Source: Malacoraja senta (taxonomy: Eukaryota). Taken from it: DNA of 64,000 nt. This document shows positions 39,019 to 50,108 of the stretch, piece by piece. The stretch's first letter is position 1, and each line of letters begins with the position of its first letter. The notes beneath the pieces were generated by a model. The model searched no databases and was not told where the DNA came from. It saw only the letters and a program-made list of their open reading frames with translations. Made by a program: the position numbers and the translations under genes. The DNA lies in contig CM075987.1 in NCBI GenBank assembly GCA_038087875.1, positions 23,996,001 through 24,060,000 of the forward strand, given 5' to 3'.

Positions 39019-39512
39019 ACATTCATTAAACTTCTCTTTTTGCGAGTGCGTTTTTTTTTCCGATCCAAGCACCTATAAGTTTCCACATTAAGGAATGATT
39101 GGACTTTTCTTCTCCTGAAGCCCCGTCAGTGTATTTGTGATGTCTAACCAACCTCGTTGATATCCTGCTCACCACATACCCAATACTACCACCATCATAA
39201 GTTCATTTTCACAAGTGATAGGAGCAGAATTAGACCATTCGGCCCATCAAGCCTACTCCGCCATTCAATCACGGCTGATCTATCTCTCCCTTCTAACCCC
39301 ATTCTCCTATATTCTCCCCATAACCCCTGACACCCGCACTAATCAGGTTTGGTGAATAAAGCATTTCTCTCTACAATGGCTGAAAAATCTCGTTGAGTTC
39401 CAGCTCATGGCATTACAGAAGTGAAGTCAATTCATATGAGATGTCAGGTATAGATGTTAGTTATGGAGCATTTTGCTTAAGTTAGAAAACTATTCACCAT
39501 TCCATAACAACT

Positions 39513-40010
39513 TCATAAGTTCATAAGTGATAGGAGCAGAATTAGGCCATTCGGCCCATCAAGTCTACTCTGCCATTCAATCATGGCTAATCTATCTTTC
39601 CCTCTTAACCCCATTCTCCTGCCTTCTCCGCATAACCCCTGACACCCTTACTAATCAAGCATCTATCTAACTCTGCCTTAAAAAATATCCATTGCCCTGG
39701 CCTCCACAGTCTTCTGTGGCAATGAATTCCACAGATTCACCACCCTCTGACTAAAGAAATTCCTCTCATCTCCTTTCTAAAGGTCTGTCCTTTTATTCTG
39801 AGACTATGACCTCTGGTTCTAGACTGTCCTACTAGTGGAAACATCCTCTCCACATCCACTCTATCCAAGCCTTTCACTATTCGGTAAGTTTCGATGAGAT
39901 TCCTTCCTCTCATCCTTCTATGCTTCAGCGAGGACAGGCCCAGTGCTGTCAAACGCTCATCATATGTTAACCCATTAATTCCTGGGTTCATTCTCGTAAA
40001 CCTCCCGTAA
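39513..40010 (-). mobile_element. CR1 LINE 3' fragment
   Basis: ORF RFTRMNPG...LIETYRIVKGLDRVD. Confidence 0.9.
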
Positions 40011-40179
40011 ACTTTTTTGAGCAACTATGGTAAAAAAGTGACGAGCCATTATTGCTAAGTATAACTAAGTACGATACTGTGAAAATATAGGAATATCTTG
40101 CAGGACCTGTTACAATGGTATAAAAAGACGTTAATGAGAAAGCTTTCGCCATGACAGTTAATTCACTCTAGTGGATGAT

Positions 40180-40465
40180 TTTAGTTTAGTTTAGTTTAGT
40201 TTAGAGATACAGGGCAGAAATAGGCCCTTCGGCCCACCGTGACTGCACCGACCAGCAATCCCCGCACATTAACACTATCCTACACACACTAGGGACAATT
40301 TATATTTATTCCAAGCCAATTAACCTACAAACCTGTACGTCTTTGGAGTGTGGAGATTTCGGAGAAAACCTACGTAGGTCACGGGGAGAACGTACAAACT
40401 CCGTACAGACAGCACCCGAGGTCGGGATCGAACCCGGGACCCGGGGCACTTGCCCTGTAAGGCAT
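40180..40465 (-). mobile_element. HE1-like SINE
   Basis: Family sequence. Confidence 0.85.
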
Positions 40466-41167
40466 CTGGCTTAACAGGATGAAATGCCTTGTAGGTTTGC
40501 TGTTCTTCAAGGCATACGTTTGTAAAAGAAACTGGCAGATAAAAGAGATGGGTTGATGCTTAAGTGGTTGATACATTGAGTAAGGAGGTTCATGCTTTGG
40601 TTTTTAAGGTGAAAATATCTGGACTACTGCAAGATGAACAGAAACAATGCAGTTTTGCTAAGAATATTTTCATTTTGTTAGCTTTGGGTTGAAAATCTGT
40701 TCTGCCATGGTGGTCATGCATTAGCATGAAATTCATGTCTACCACCATTCAATCATGGCTGATCTATCCATAAATTGCTGGATAGGATGCCAAGATACTC
40801 CAGTGGGCCCAGAGGTGAGGAGTAATTGGAACTTTGGAAGTAACATAATATTTTGAAAAATATATATTTATAGTCATAGAGTGATTGACTCTTTAAATAT
40901 AATTTCCTCAAAATATCACGTTACATCCAAAATCGCAATAACTCCTCACCTCTTATATTTGTTGATAACTTCCATTTCTTAGCAGCTTCTCGTGCAATTC
41001 AAGCCATTGAAAGAGCTAGTAAATTAAGCATAGGGCTCAACAAGAGAAACAAACTTAGTTTTCATGTTAAAATGCCATGAAATAAACGTGGGCGGAGTTG
41101 TGTTTGAGTTTAGTTTATCGTCACATGTACCAGGGTACCGTGAGAAGCTTTGGGGGTTGTACATGAT

Positions 41168-42147
41168 ACATAGAAACATAGAAACATAGAAAATAGGTGC
41201 AGGAGTAGGCCATTCGGCCCTTCGAGCCTGCACCGCCATTCAATATGATCATGGCTGATCATCCAACTCAGTATCCTGTACCTGCCTTCTCTCCATACCC
41301 CCTGATCCCTTTAGCCACAAGGGCCACATCTAACTCCCTCTTAAATATAGCCAATGAACTGGCCTCAACTACCTTCTGTGGCAGAGAGTTCCAGAGATTC
41401 ACCACTCTCTGTGTGAAAAATGTTTTTCTCATCTCGGTCCTAAAGGATTTTCCCTTAATCCTTAAACTGTGACCCCTTGTCCTGGACTTCCCCAACATCG
41501 GGAACAATCTTCCTGCATCTACCCTGTCCAACCCCTTAAGAATTTTGTAAGTTTCTATAAGATCCCCCCTCTTCTAAATTCTAGCGAGTACAAGCCGAGT
41601 CTATCCAGTCTTTCTTCATATAAAAGTCCTGACATCCCAGGAATCAATCTGGTGAACCTTCTCTGTACTCCCTCTATGGCAAGAATGCCTTTCCTCAGAT
41701 TTGGAGACCAAAACTGTACGCAATACTCCAGGTGTGGTCTCACCAAGACCCTGTACAACTTCAGTAGAACCTCCCTGCTCCTATACTCAAATCCTTTTGC
41801 TATTAATGCTAACATACCATTCGCTTTCTTCACTGCCTGCTGCACCTGCATGCCTACTTTCAATGACTGGTGTACCATGACACCCAGATCTCGTTGCATC
41901 TCCCCTTTTCCTAATCGGCCACCATTCAGATAATAGTCTACTTTCCTGTTTTTGCCATAAAAGTGGGTAACCTCACATTTATCCACATTATACTGCATCT
42001 GCCATGCATTTGCCCACTCACCCAGCCTATCCAAGTCACCTTGCAGCCTCCTAGCATCCTCCTCACAGCTAACACTGCCCCCCAGCTTCGTGTCATCCGT
42101 AAACTTGGAGATGTTGCATTCAATTCCCTCGTCCAAATCATTAATAT
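41168..42147 (-). mobile_element. CR1 LINE 3' ~1 kb (RT C-terminus, frameshifted)
   Basis: SKFTDDTKLGG...WQMQYNVDKC...LVRPHLEYCVQFWSP. Confidence 0.95.
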
Positions 42148-42149
42148 TT

Positions 42150-42572
42150 ACAATATTACAATCGAGTCATCCACTGTGTACAGATACATGATAAAAGGAA
42201 TAAAGTGAATAATGTTTTAGTGCAAGATAAGGCCAGTAATGTCCGATGAAAGACAGTCCGAGTTCTCCAATGAGGTAGATAGTAGTTCAGCACTACTCTC
42301 TGGTTGGTTGGATGATTCAGTTGCCTGATAACAGCTGGGAAGAAACTGTCCCGGAATCTGGAGGTGTGTGTTTTCACACTTCTATACCTGAGGGTAGAGG
42401 GGAGACGAGGGAGTGGCCAGGGTGTGACTTGTCCTTGATTAAGCTGCTGGCCTTGCCGAGGCAGCGTGAGGTATAAATGAAGTCAATGGAAGGGAGGTAG
42501 GTTTGTGTGATGGTCTGGGCTGCCTCTACAATTCTCTGCAATTTCTTGTGGTCTTGGATGGAGCTGTTCCAA
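42150..42572 (-). mobile_element. Rex1/Babar-like LINE 3' fragment
   Basis: KKLQRIVEAAQTI...HPGHSL; RFRDSFFPAVIRQLN. Confidence 0.85.
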
Positions 42573-42710
42573 TTAACTGGCCATGAACTTGGCCATAAAG
42601 CTAATAATGGCACATCTAATAAATAATGTGGCCTCACTCAGATGTAGTGAAAATGCAATGAAATCATTTCTTTTGAACGGGTCAAGCTGTTGATAAGCCA
42701 AGTGTTCCTC

Positions 42711-43025
42711 GTGGCATGGTGGCGCAGCAGTAGAGTTGCTGCCTACAGCGCTTGCAGCACCGGAGAACCGGGTTCGATCCTGACTACGGGCGCTGTCAGT
42801 AGGTGTTTGTACATTCTCCCCGTGACCGCGTGGGTTTTCTCCAAGATCTTCCGTTTCCTCCCACACTCTAAAGACGTACAGGTTTGTCGGTTAATTGGCT
42901 TGGTATAAGTGTAAATTGTCCCTATTGTGTGTAGGATGGTGTTAATGTGCGGGGATCGCTGGTCGGTGTGGACTCGGTGGGCCGAAGGGCCTGTTTCCGC
43001 GCTGTATCTCTAAACTAAGCTAAAT
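42711..43025 (+). mobile_element. HE1-like SINE
   Basis: Family sequence. Confidence 0.9.
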
Positions 43026-43585
43026 AAGGTATAAACACTATACATGAGAAAATCGGTGAATTCCAATGTGAAACCATCCTCCACCAGCCACAAGGAAATT
43101 TCCATTGAAAACGGAAGCACAGTCCCATACTTACTCCGTAGTTGCAAAACCTTCCTGGAAATTCTGGGACCAATTGAACCTGATGGCCTTAAAATGATGG
43201 AGCTCTTGTTCTTGCCTGTAATCTGATGCAGTGTAGCTAGTTGCCGGCGGTCCTATTTTGCCAGCATTGCCAGCACTGAAGGTTTTTAACATGAGGTGGT
43301 AATTCATCCGTTTAAATAGTCCCAGTCATACATGCAGGCTTTCTCTTTGCTCTCTCTTGAGCCTCTCAGATCCAACAGATTCAGCGACAAGTCGGAGAGT
43401 GAAAGGGTGTGCAATAACAAATTCAGCTAAGATACCTGGAGATTATTAACTGAGGTTTAAACAGACTTAAACTAGCTTACAGTTCATCATTAAAACATCC
43501 ATGATCTAATGGATCTTGTAATGTTACATCCTTAATTCTTGTCACCTGAAACTTCAGCCTGAACATTTTGCCTTGTTTAAGTATT

Positions 43586-43893
43586 TATTTAGTTTAGTTT
43601 AGAGATGCAGCTACGGAAACAGGCCCTTCGGCCCACCGGGTCCGTGCCGACCAGCGATCCCTGCAGATTAATACTATCTTACACACACTGGGGACAATTT
43701 TTACATTTACACCAAGACAATTAACCAACAAACCTGTACGTCTTTGGAGTGTGCGAGGAAACCTAAGACCTCAGAGAAAACTCACACGGTCACGGGGAGA
43801 ACGTACAAACTCCGTACCGACAGCACCTGTAGCCAGGATCGAACCCGGGTCTCTGGCGCTGTAAGAAAGCAACTCGACCGCAGTGCCACTGCG
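43586..43893 (-). mobile_element. HE1-like SINE
   Basis: Family sequence. Confidence 0.85.
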
Positions 43894-44778
43894 TTGTGCC
43901 TTTTGGAGATGCAAATGGGAGCTCGTTAATAGAGAGCCTGTATATAACAAAATATTACATTGCAGGTAGCCCACTAGATTAATGATTCATATATATGCAC
44001 CTCATAAGGCAAACCCCCCTGCTGGTATTTTTCCACAAGACTTGTGGAATATAAGCATGTTATGAACAGCACCTGAAATAATTAATTTGAAGCGTTGCAT
44101 GTTGCTTTGAAACCTATGTGGAATCTATGTGGAATAATGGAGGCCTTTGTTAGTAATTGGGGCAGATGTACCAAGTTTTGATGAGAGACTAGTCTAACTG
44201 ACCTTCTGTGTAAATAACATGATTAAGCAATGATTTATCGTAAGTGTCGAAATAGTAAATAGAATTGTCAGAATAGATAATGAACAGCAATTTCCCACAG
44301 ACACTAATCACAGGGATTAATGTCAGAGCCTTAACTATGCAAAGAAATAGTCTTTAAACAAAGGGTCATAAAGATCGGAATAAACTGCATCAGGAATCTA
44401 ATAAGGCTGGATTGTTGAAGGTCTATTAATACCTGTGAAGTTAAAGGAGTGGGAGGGCAGAACTACAGTTCAGGAATTTGAATTAATTTGAACTAAACAA
44501 ATGATAGGATGCTTACAACCCAGCGGTATGAACATTGATTTCTCTAACTTCAAGTAGCTCTTGCATTCCCTCTCTCTGCGTCCCTCCCCCACCCCAGTCA
44601 CCATACTAGCTTCACCGTTGCCCTGTTGAGTTTCATTGTCTGTATCTCGTTATCACCTAGATCAACGAGGGAGCGTTTCCTTGATCATCGTTACTTTTTT
44701 GCATCTCTTTCATTCATTTGTTCTATTTCTCCCTTTATCACCGTCTATATCTCTCGTTTCCCTATCCCCTGACTCTCA

Positions 44779-45102
44779 TAGCCCTGTCCCACGGTACGAG
44801 TTCATTCCAAGAGCTCTCCCGAGTAAAAAAAAAATCAAACTCGTGGTAAGTACGGAGAATGAACGTAGCGGTTACATCGGAGCTCGGGGACGTTTCTTAG
44901 CGGCTCGTAACGCTAACGGCAGCTACTTGGGAAGACTCGCTAACGGCAGGTAAGGACAGGAAGACTCGTGAAGATTTTTCAACATGTTGAAAAATGTCCA
45001 CGAGAGCCCCGAGTACCGATGAGTGGCCATTACTGTAAATCTCCGAGTTCGAATCAGGGCAAACTCGGGAGAGCTCTTGGAATGAATCGTGGGACAGGGC
45101 TT
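44779..45102. mobile_element. MITE family C
   Basis: Clean direct 3-bp TSD TCA/TCA within host GACTC-TCA-GTCTGAAG. Confidence 0.9.
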
Positions 45103-45177
45103 TCAGTCTGAAGAAGGGTCTCGACCCGAAACGGCACCTATTCCTTCCTCTCCAGAGATGCTGCCTGTCCCGCTGAG

Positions 45178-45475
45178 TTTAGTTTAGTTTAGAGATACAG
45201 CAAAGACACATGCCCTTCAGCCCACTGAGTCCGCACCGACCAGCGATCCCCGCACATTAACACTACCCTACACACACTAGGAACAATTTCACATTTAAAA
45301 CCAAGCCAATTAACCAACAGACCTGTACGTTTTTGGAGTGTGGGAGGAAACCGAAGATCTCGGAGAGAACCCACGCAGGTCACGGGGGGAACATTAAACT
45401 CCATACAGACAGTACTTGTAGTCAGGATTGAACCCGGGTCTCTGCCGCGGTAAGGCAGATGCCACCGTGCCACCA
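45178..45475 (-). mobile_element. HE1-like SINE nested in the Penelope repeat
   Basis: Host GCTGAGTT|...|AGTTACTCCAGC. Confidence 0.85.
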
Positions 45476-46349
45476 AGTTACTCCAGCGTTTTCTGCCAAT
45501 CTTAAATGATAGAACAGTTTAAGGAGCCAAATATCTAGTCCTGACGTTCCATTCCTTTCATCGAAAATGGTAGTTCCACATGGGAACTTAAACAATGTCC
45601 CAAATAAGGACCGAGAAAATCACAGCGCCTTACTTGATCAAGGTACCATCTGTAACTTGACAGCGCATCACAGCTTTAGAGATATAATTGCCCCATTGTA
45701 ATGCCAGTGTTTGTATTATGGTTGAAGATAGACTCAAAATGCTGGCGTTACTCAGCGGGACAGACAGCGTCTATAGAGAGAAGGAATGGTCGAGATAGAC
45801 ACAAAAAGCTGGAGTAACTCAGCGGGAGAGCGTTTTGGGTCGAGACCCTTCTTCAGACAGGTTAGGGATCAGGGAAATGAGAAATATATATTTTGGTTCC
45901 TTTATATAATGTGTTATAGAACAGCCAGAAAGCATGTTGGGAAAAAATTGTGAATTCAAGGTAAATTCCCGAACTTAAGCACAAGTTTCAGTCCTGGATT
46001 AATGCAGAGTGCGAATGGTGAAGAGGTCTTCTACATTTATGATGGTAAAACAGAAGCCTCATTATGTGTTTACACAGGTTTACAAATGTCAGGTGAAGTT
46101 TTGGGGGGAGAACTAGTCAATATTTTAATCTGAAGGAACAGCACCAAAAGAAAAATCATATGGAAGTTGGCTGGGCGTGGAAAGGAGAGGGACGTCAGTT
46201 TGCGGTTAAGTGGCTTTGGTACAAACTGGAAAATTGGCCCTGGTGTGTAGGATAGGGCTAGTGTGCGGGGATCGCTGGTCGGCGAGGACTCGGTGGGCCG
46301 AAGGGCCTGTTTCCGTGCTGTATCTCCAAACTAAACTAAACTAAAACTA

Positions 46350-46845
46350 AAGATAGACACAAAAAGCTGGAGTAACTCAGCGGGCCAGGCTGCATCTCTG
46401 GAGAGATGGAATGGGTGATGTTTCTGGTCGAGTCCCTTCTTCAGACTGAAGAAGGGCCTCGACACGAAATGTGAAGGGCCTGTCCCACTGGGCGATTTTT
46501 ATCGGCGACTGCCGGCATCATTGACTGATGTATCAGGTGTGATGTATCAAATTCGCGGTGTGATATGGCGTGACGTGGCGTGATGCGGCGGCGACGCGGA
46601 GTGATGACGTATGAGGCGCGGTGTTTTTCCAAGTGTCGCAACATTTTTTTTGTCGCCACTGGATTTTGAAATGTTCAAAACCTTTTGGCGACACTGATAT
46701 GACGCTGGCAGTCGCCGAAAAAATCGCCAAGTGGGACAGGCCCTTCGCCCATTCCTTCTCTCCAGAGTTGCTGCCTGTCCTGCTGAGTTACTCCAGCTTT
46801 TTGTGTCTATTTTCGGTTTAAACCAGCATCTGCAATTCCTTCCTA
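46350..46845. mobile_element. Penelope-derived fold-back repeat (back-to-back hammerhead-like motifs) with nested MITE
   Basis: Centre CCCTTCTTCAGACTGAAGAAGGG; inverted arms. Confidence 0.8.
46475..46744. mobile_element. MITE family D
   Basis: AGGGCCTGTCCCACTGGGCGATTTTT...AAAAATCGCCAAGTGGGACAGGCCCT; flanks TGA/TCG at a host TCA site. Confidence 0.9.
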
Positions 46846-47043
46846 AACTAGAACTAAATTGGGATCAGTAGTAACTTTAACTTGATGAATTATTTGACCA
46901 GCATAACTTTGCACTTAGGGAACATTGGAAATAGAACAGCACAGCGCAGGGACAGTCCTTCGGCCCACAATATCCGTGCTGAAAATGATGCCGCATTAAA
47001 CTGATCTCTGCCGCCTTGTGTTCCTGTTATTATTTTGTTGCAG

Positions 47044-47165
47044 TGCTTTGCAAAGAAGAAAATCGTGAATCATTCAAAAAGGAAATGAATAAAGATGTGA
47101 TGCAAGCGCGTAAAGACCTGGTACATTTGGAAAAAGCTGTAGACAATTACGTCGAAGACGCTGAG
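47044..47165 (+). CDS. Candidate exon 2 (V)LCKEENRESFKKEMNKDVMQARKDLVHLEKAVDNYVEDAE
   Basis: Acceptor TATTTTGTTGCAG, donor GAG|GTAAAG; 122 nt open; phase 1 start matches exon 1. Confidence 0.75.
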
Positions 47166-47258
47166 GTAAAGTTGTGATTCCTGCGCGTAAACTTTCCCTT
47201 GCAGTTTATCAAAAAATGTCATGATTTATAAATTCTTTTCTCTCTCTTATTACTTTAG

Positions 47259-47316
47259 CATCCGACCAAAGAAACAACGAAACGAAACAAGGAAAAATTG
47301 GAGGAGCAGTTAAAGA
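47259..47316 (+). CDS. Candidate exon 3 HPTKETTKRNKEKLEEQLK (or read-through to the stop at 47361-47363)
   Basis: 93-nt intron with a long pyrimidine tract ending TTTAG; phase 0 continuity; donor AGA|GTAAAT is weak. Confidence 0.65.
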
Positions 47317-47621
47317 GTAAATATCAGAATGCCTTGCACTGTATTTTAGACAATGCATTTTGAACTAGTTTCAGTTATATTACTGTTGTTGCATCTGCAA
47401 AATGAGAACGGAATAATGACTGAATTGGGTGTCATAGGTTATGGGGAGAAGGCAGGGGAATGGGGTTAGGAGTGAGAGATAGATCAGCCATGATTGAATT
47501 GTGGAGTAGACTTGATGGGCCGAATGGCCTAATTCTGCTCCTATCACATGATATGAATTGCTCTGGCGGGCTTATATACATGCTTCTCTTAAGTTATGTT
47601 CATGCATTACTACCCCATATT

Positions 47622-47788
47622 CTTCTTCCTCGTGTCCGGCTATCTTCTTTATCACGTCTTTCCGGTCGGTCAGTGACGGTTGACGGTCGGTGGTTGCAGA
47701 ATTGGCTACTTCAGTCAGTCACTGTGGTACAGTTTCTGTCGTCAGCATGGCCCGGGATGCCCCACGTGGAGGCTTCTGCTTGCATCCC
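47622..47788 (-). mobile_element. 167-nt retroposed element with HDV-like ribozyme head and GAAGAAG tail (family 2)
   Basis: Perfect 13-bp TSD ACTACCCCATATT at 47609-47621 and 47789-47801. Confidence 0.8.
47696..47788 (-). ncRNA. Predicted HDV-like ribozyme with extended P4
   Basis: GGGAUGC(P1) AA GCAGAA(P2) GCC(P3) UCCACGU(L3) GGG(P3', one G-G mismatch) GCAUCCC(P1') GG(P1.1) ...P4... CCAA(J4/2) UUCUGC(P2'). Confidence 0.75.
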
Positions 47789-48032
47789 ACTACCCCATAT
47801 TGAGTATATTACATTGTTCTAATGCAGTGTTGTTCTAATACGGTGCTTTAATTGTAATGGTGAATACGGCATAATGGTATCGTTAATTATTATCTTAAAT
47901 TATCTTGATCGATCTATATGTACAATTCTTTGGAGCAACCTGGATCATGTCCTTTCAAGTCCACTCGAACCACAACTACAAGTTGCGAAGGCAAGAGTGA
48001 ACCAAGCCGGCAACTAGGGTATTGTAACCACA

Positions 48033-48337
48033 TTTAGTTTAGTTCAGAGATACAGTGTAGAAACAGTCCCTTTGGCCCATCGAGTCCACACCGACCAGTG
48101 AAGCCCGCGCTATCCTACACACACTTGGGATAATTTACAATCTTTACCGAAGCCAATTAACCTACAAACCTGTACGTCTTCGGAGTGTGGGAGGAATCCG
48201 GAGCACCTGGAGAAAACCCACCCAGTCACGGTGAGAACGGACAAACTCCGTCCAGACAGAGCCCGTGGTCAGGATTGAACCCGGGTCTCTGGCGCTGTAA
48301 GGCAGCAACTCTACCGCTGCGCCACCGTGCTGCCCCG
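48033..48337 (-). mobile_element. HE1-like SINE, full length
   Basis: Family sequence. Confidence 0.9.
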
Positions 48338-48384
48338 CATTTGTTGTAAGGCTGAAAGTGTTCAATGATGTAGAAATATCAGAA

Positions 48385-48515
48385 CAAATTCAAACGTGGT
48401 GTCCCAGCAAACGTATCTCAAGAGCACCATCATTAAAACCGATTATCTGGTCAATACCACCTGTGCAAATTGCCTGCTCCATTTCTAACACTATAATAAT
48501 GACCAGCCTGTAAAA
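48385..48515 (+). mobile_element. Ancient Deu-SINE (SacSINE1/AmnSINE-like) remnant
   Basis: GGTGTCC...AAAACCGATTATCTGGTCA...GTGCAAATTGCCTGC resembles the Deu-domain consensus as recalled. Confidence 0.45.
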
Positions 48516-48522
48516 TGTTGTA

Positions 48523-48793
48523 TTTTAGTTTTAGTTTTAGAGATACAGTGCAGAAACAGGCCCTTCGTCCCACTACGTCCGCACCGACCAGCAATCCCCG
48601 CACATTAACACTATCTTATCTACACACAATAGGGACAATAATACCAAGCCAATTAACCTACAAACCTGTTGGTCTTTGGAGTGTGCGAGGGAACCGCAGA
48701 TCCTGAAGAAAACACACACAAGTCACAGGGACAATGTACAAACTCCGTACAGACAGCAGCCGTAACTCTACCGCTGCACCACCGTGCCGCCCT
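48523..48793 (-). mobile_element. HE1-like SINE (internal deletion)
   Basis: Family sequence. Confidence 0.85.
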
Positions 48794-48799
48794 GTCTGT

Positions 48800-49105
48800 C
48801 TCCTTCTTTCCTTCTTTCTTTCCTTCTTTCCTTCTTTCCTTCTTTCCTTCTTTCCTTCTTTCCTTCTTTCCTTCTTTCCTTCTTTCTTTCTTTCCTTCTT
48901 TCTTTCTTTCTTTCCTTCTTTCTTTCTTTCCTACTTTCTTTCTTTCCTACTTTCTTTCTTTCCTTCTTTCTTTCCTTCTTTCTTTCCCTCATTATTTCCT
49001 TCTTTCTTTCTTTCTCTCTTTCTTTCTTTCTCTCTCTCTCTTTCTCTCTTTCTTTCTTTCTTTCTCTCTCTCTTTCTCTCCCTTTACTTCTTTCTTTCCC
49101 TTCCT
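48800..49105 (+). repeat. Polypyrimidine microsatellite (TTTC/TTCC/TC)n
   Basis: Directly visible. Confidence 0.95.
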
Positions 49106-49219
49106 TAATATTCAGGTAGCAAATTATGATATTTTTTTCTTTTAATGTTTCGCATGTAGCGAATATATCTCATCAGTTCCATTGAAATGACTGCACTCAT
49201 CTTTTTCATTTTACTCCAG

Positions 49220-49260
49220 AGTTAGAAAAAAATGAAATGAAGTTTTGCCTGAATAAATGA
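49220..49260 (+). CDS. Possible terminal exon (K)LEKNEMKFCLNK*
   Basis: Strong acceptor CTTTTTCATTTTACTCCAG; phase-1 compatible with exon 3; TGA at 49258-49260. Confidence 0.4.
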
Positions 49261-49767
49261 TGACTGTAATTTTGTTCCGCTGTGGCAATAATTGGTTGAG
49301 GAGTGAAATGAGGAGCAGAATCAACAACTAGGCCATCTTTCTGAATTATGTAGAAAATATATATCTTATTTTACGAAAGGGCTTTACGTTTCCTTGACTA
49401 TAATTTATTTTGCTTACATAGAAACATAGAAATAGGTGCAGGAGTAGGCCATTCGGCCCCATCGAGCCAGCACTGCCATTCAATGTGATCATGGTTGATC
49501 ATCCAGAATAATTACCCCGTTCCTGCTTTCTCCCCATATCCCTTTATTCCGTTAGCCCAAAGAGCGATATCTAACTCTCACTTGAAAACAATACATTGGG
49601 AGAACAGCATAAGTGAGGCAAGGCTGGGTACATTTTCCAAAAAAGATACCTGCAGACAAATGTTTTTAAATGCTCTCAAGGCAAATCCCAAGCAGCTTAC
49701 AGATACTCTAGGAAAGCAAAGTGGATGTAACTGGTCAAAATTCATAGCGGATCATGAGGCAAAGATT

Positions 49768-50108
49768 GGTGTGGGAGATTGCAACCTTCATATAGATAAG
49801 ACTAAAGACTTATCTATACTCCCAAGCCTTTCCTGACGTCCTCTGAGTGAGGGCTACATGTATATATGTATGTAGTTTGTTTTGTTGTGCTATTCTTATA
49901 ACAAATGTAAAGCACTTTGGCCAACGAGAGTTGTTTTTTAAATGTGCTATATAAATAAATGTGACTTGACTTGACTTGACTTGACTTCACGTGGTCCGCC
50001 CTGTTTCGACGAATGCAATCAACCTGGCGTGCACAATCAAATAAGATCAAATAGAACAAGTTGTCCTACAACTTTAGACTGTGCACGCCATACGGAAGAA
50101 GAAGAAGA
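49768..50108 (+). mobile_element. Second copy of family-1 HDV-ribozyme element, interrupted by an L2 fragment
   Basis: TSD AGGCAAAGATT(G) at 49757 and 50109; ends GCCATACGGAAGAAGAAGAAGA. Confidence 0.85.
49791..49984 (+). mobile_element. L2 3' end inserted into the ribozyme P3/L3 region
   Basis: Homologous to 35365-35550; CTTCA on both sides. Confidence 0.85.

Larger units (their letters stand above)
44511..45502 (+). mobile_element. Penelope-like element 3' end (ORF end LQPSGMNIDFSNFK*, 3' UTR, hammerhead-like motif) with nested MITE and SINE
   Basis: Continues the GIY-YIG peptide seen at 58080-58247; stop at 44555-44557; CTGAAGAAGGGTCTCGACCCGAAAC at 45108; AAATGATAG on both flanks. Confidence 0.8.

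Noticed and set aside
48669..49145. F/S/L-rich and K/E/R-rich ORFs
   Set aside because: These are translations of a (TTTC)n microsatellite.
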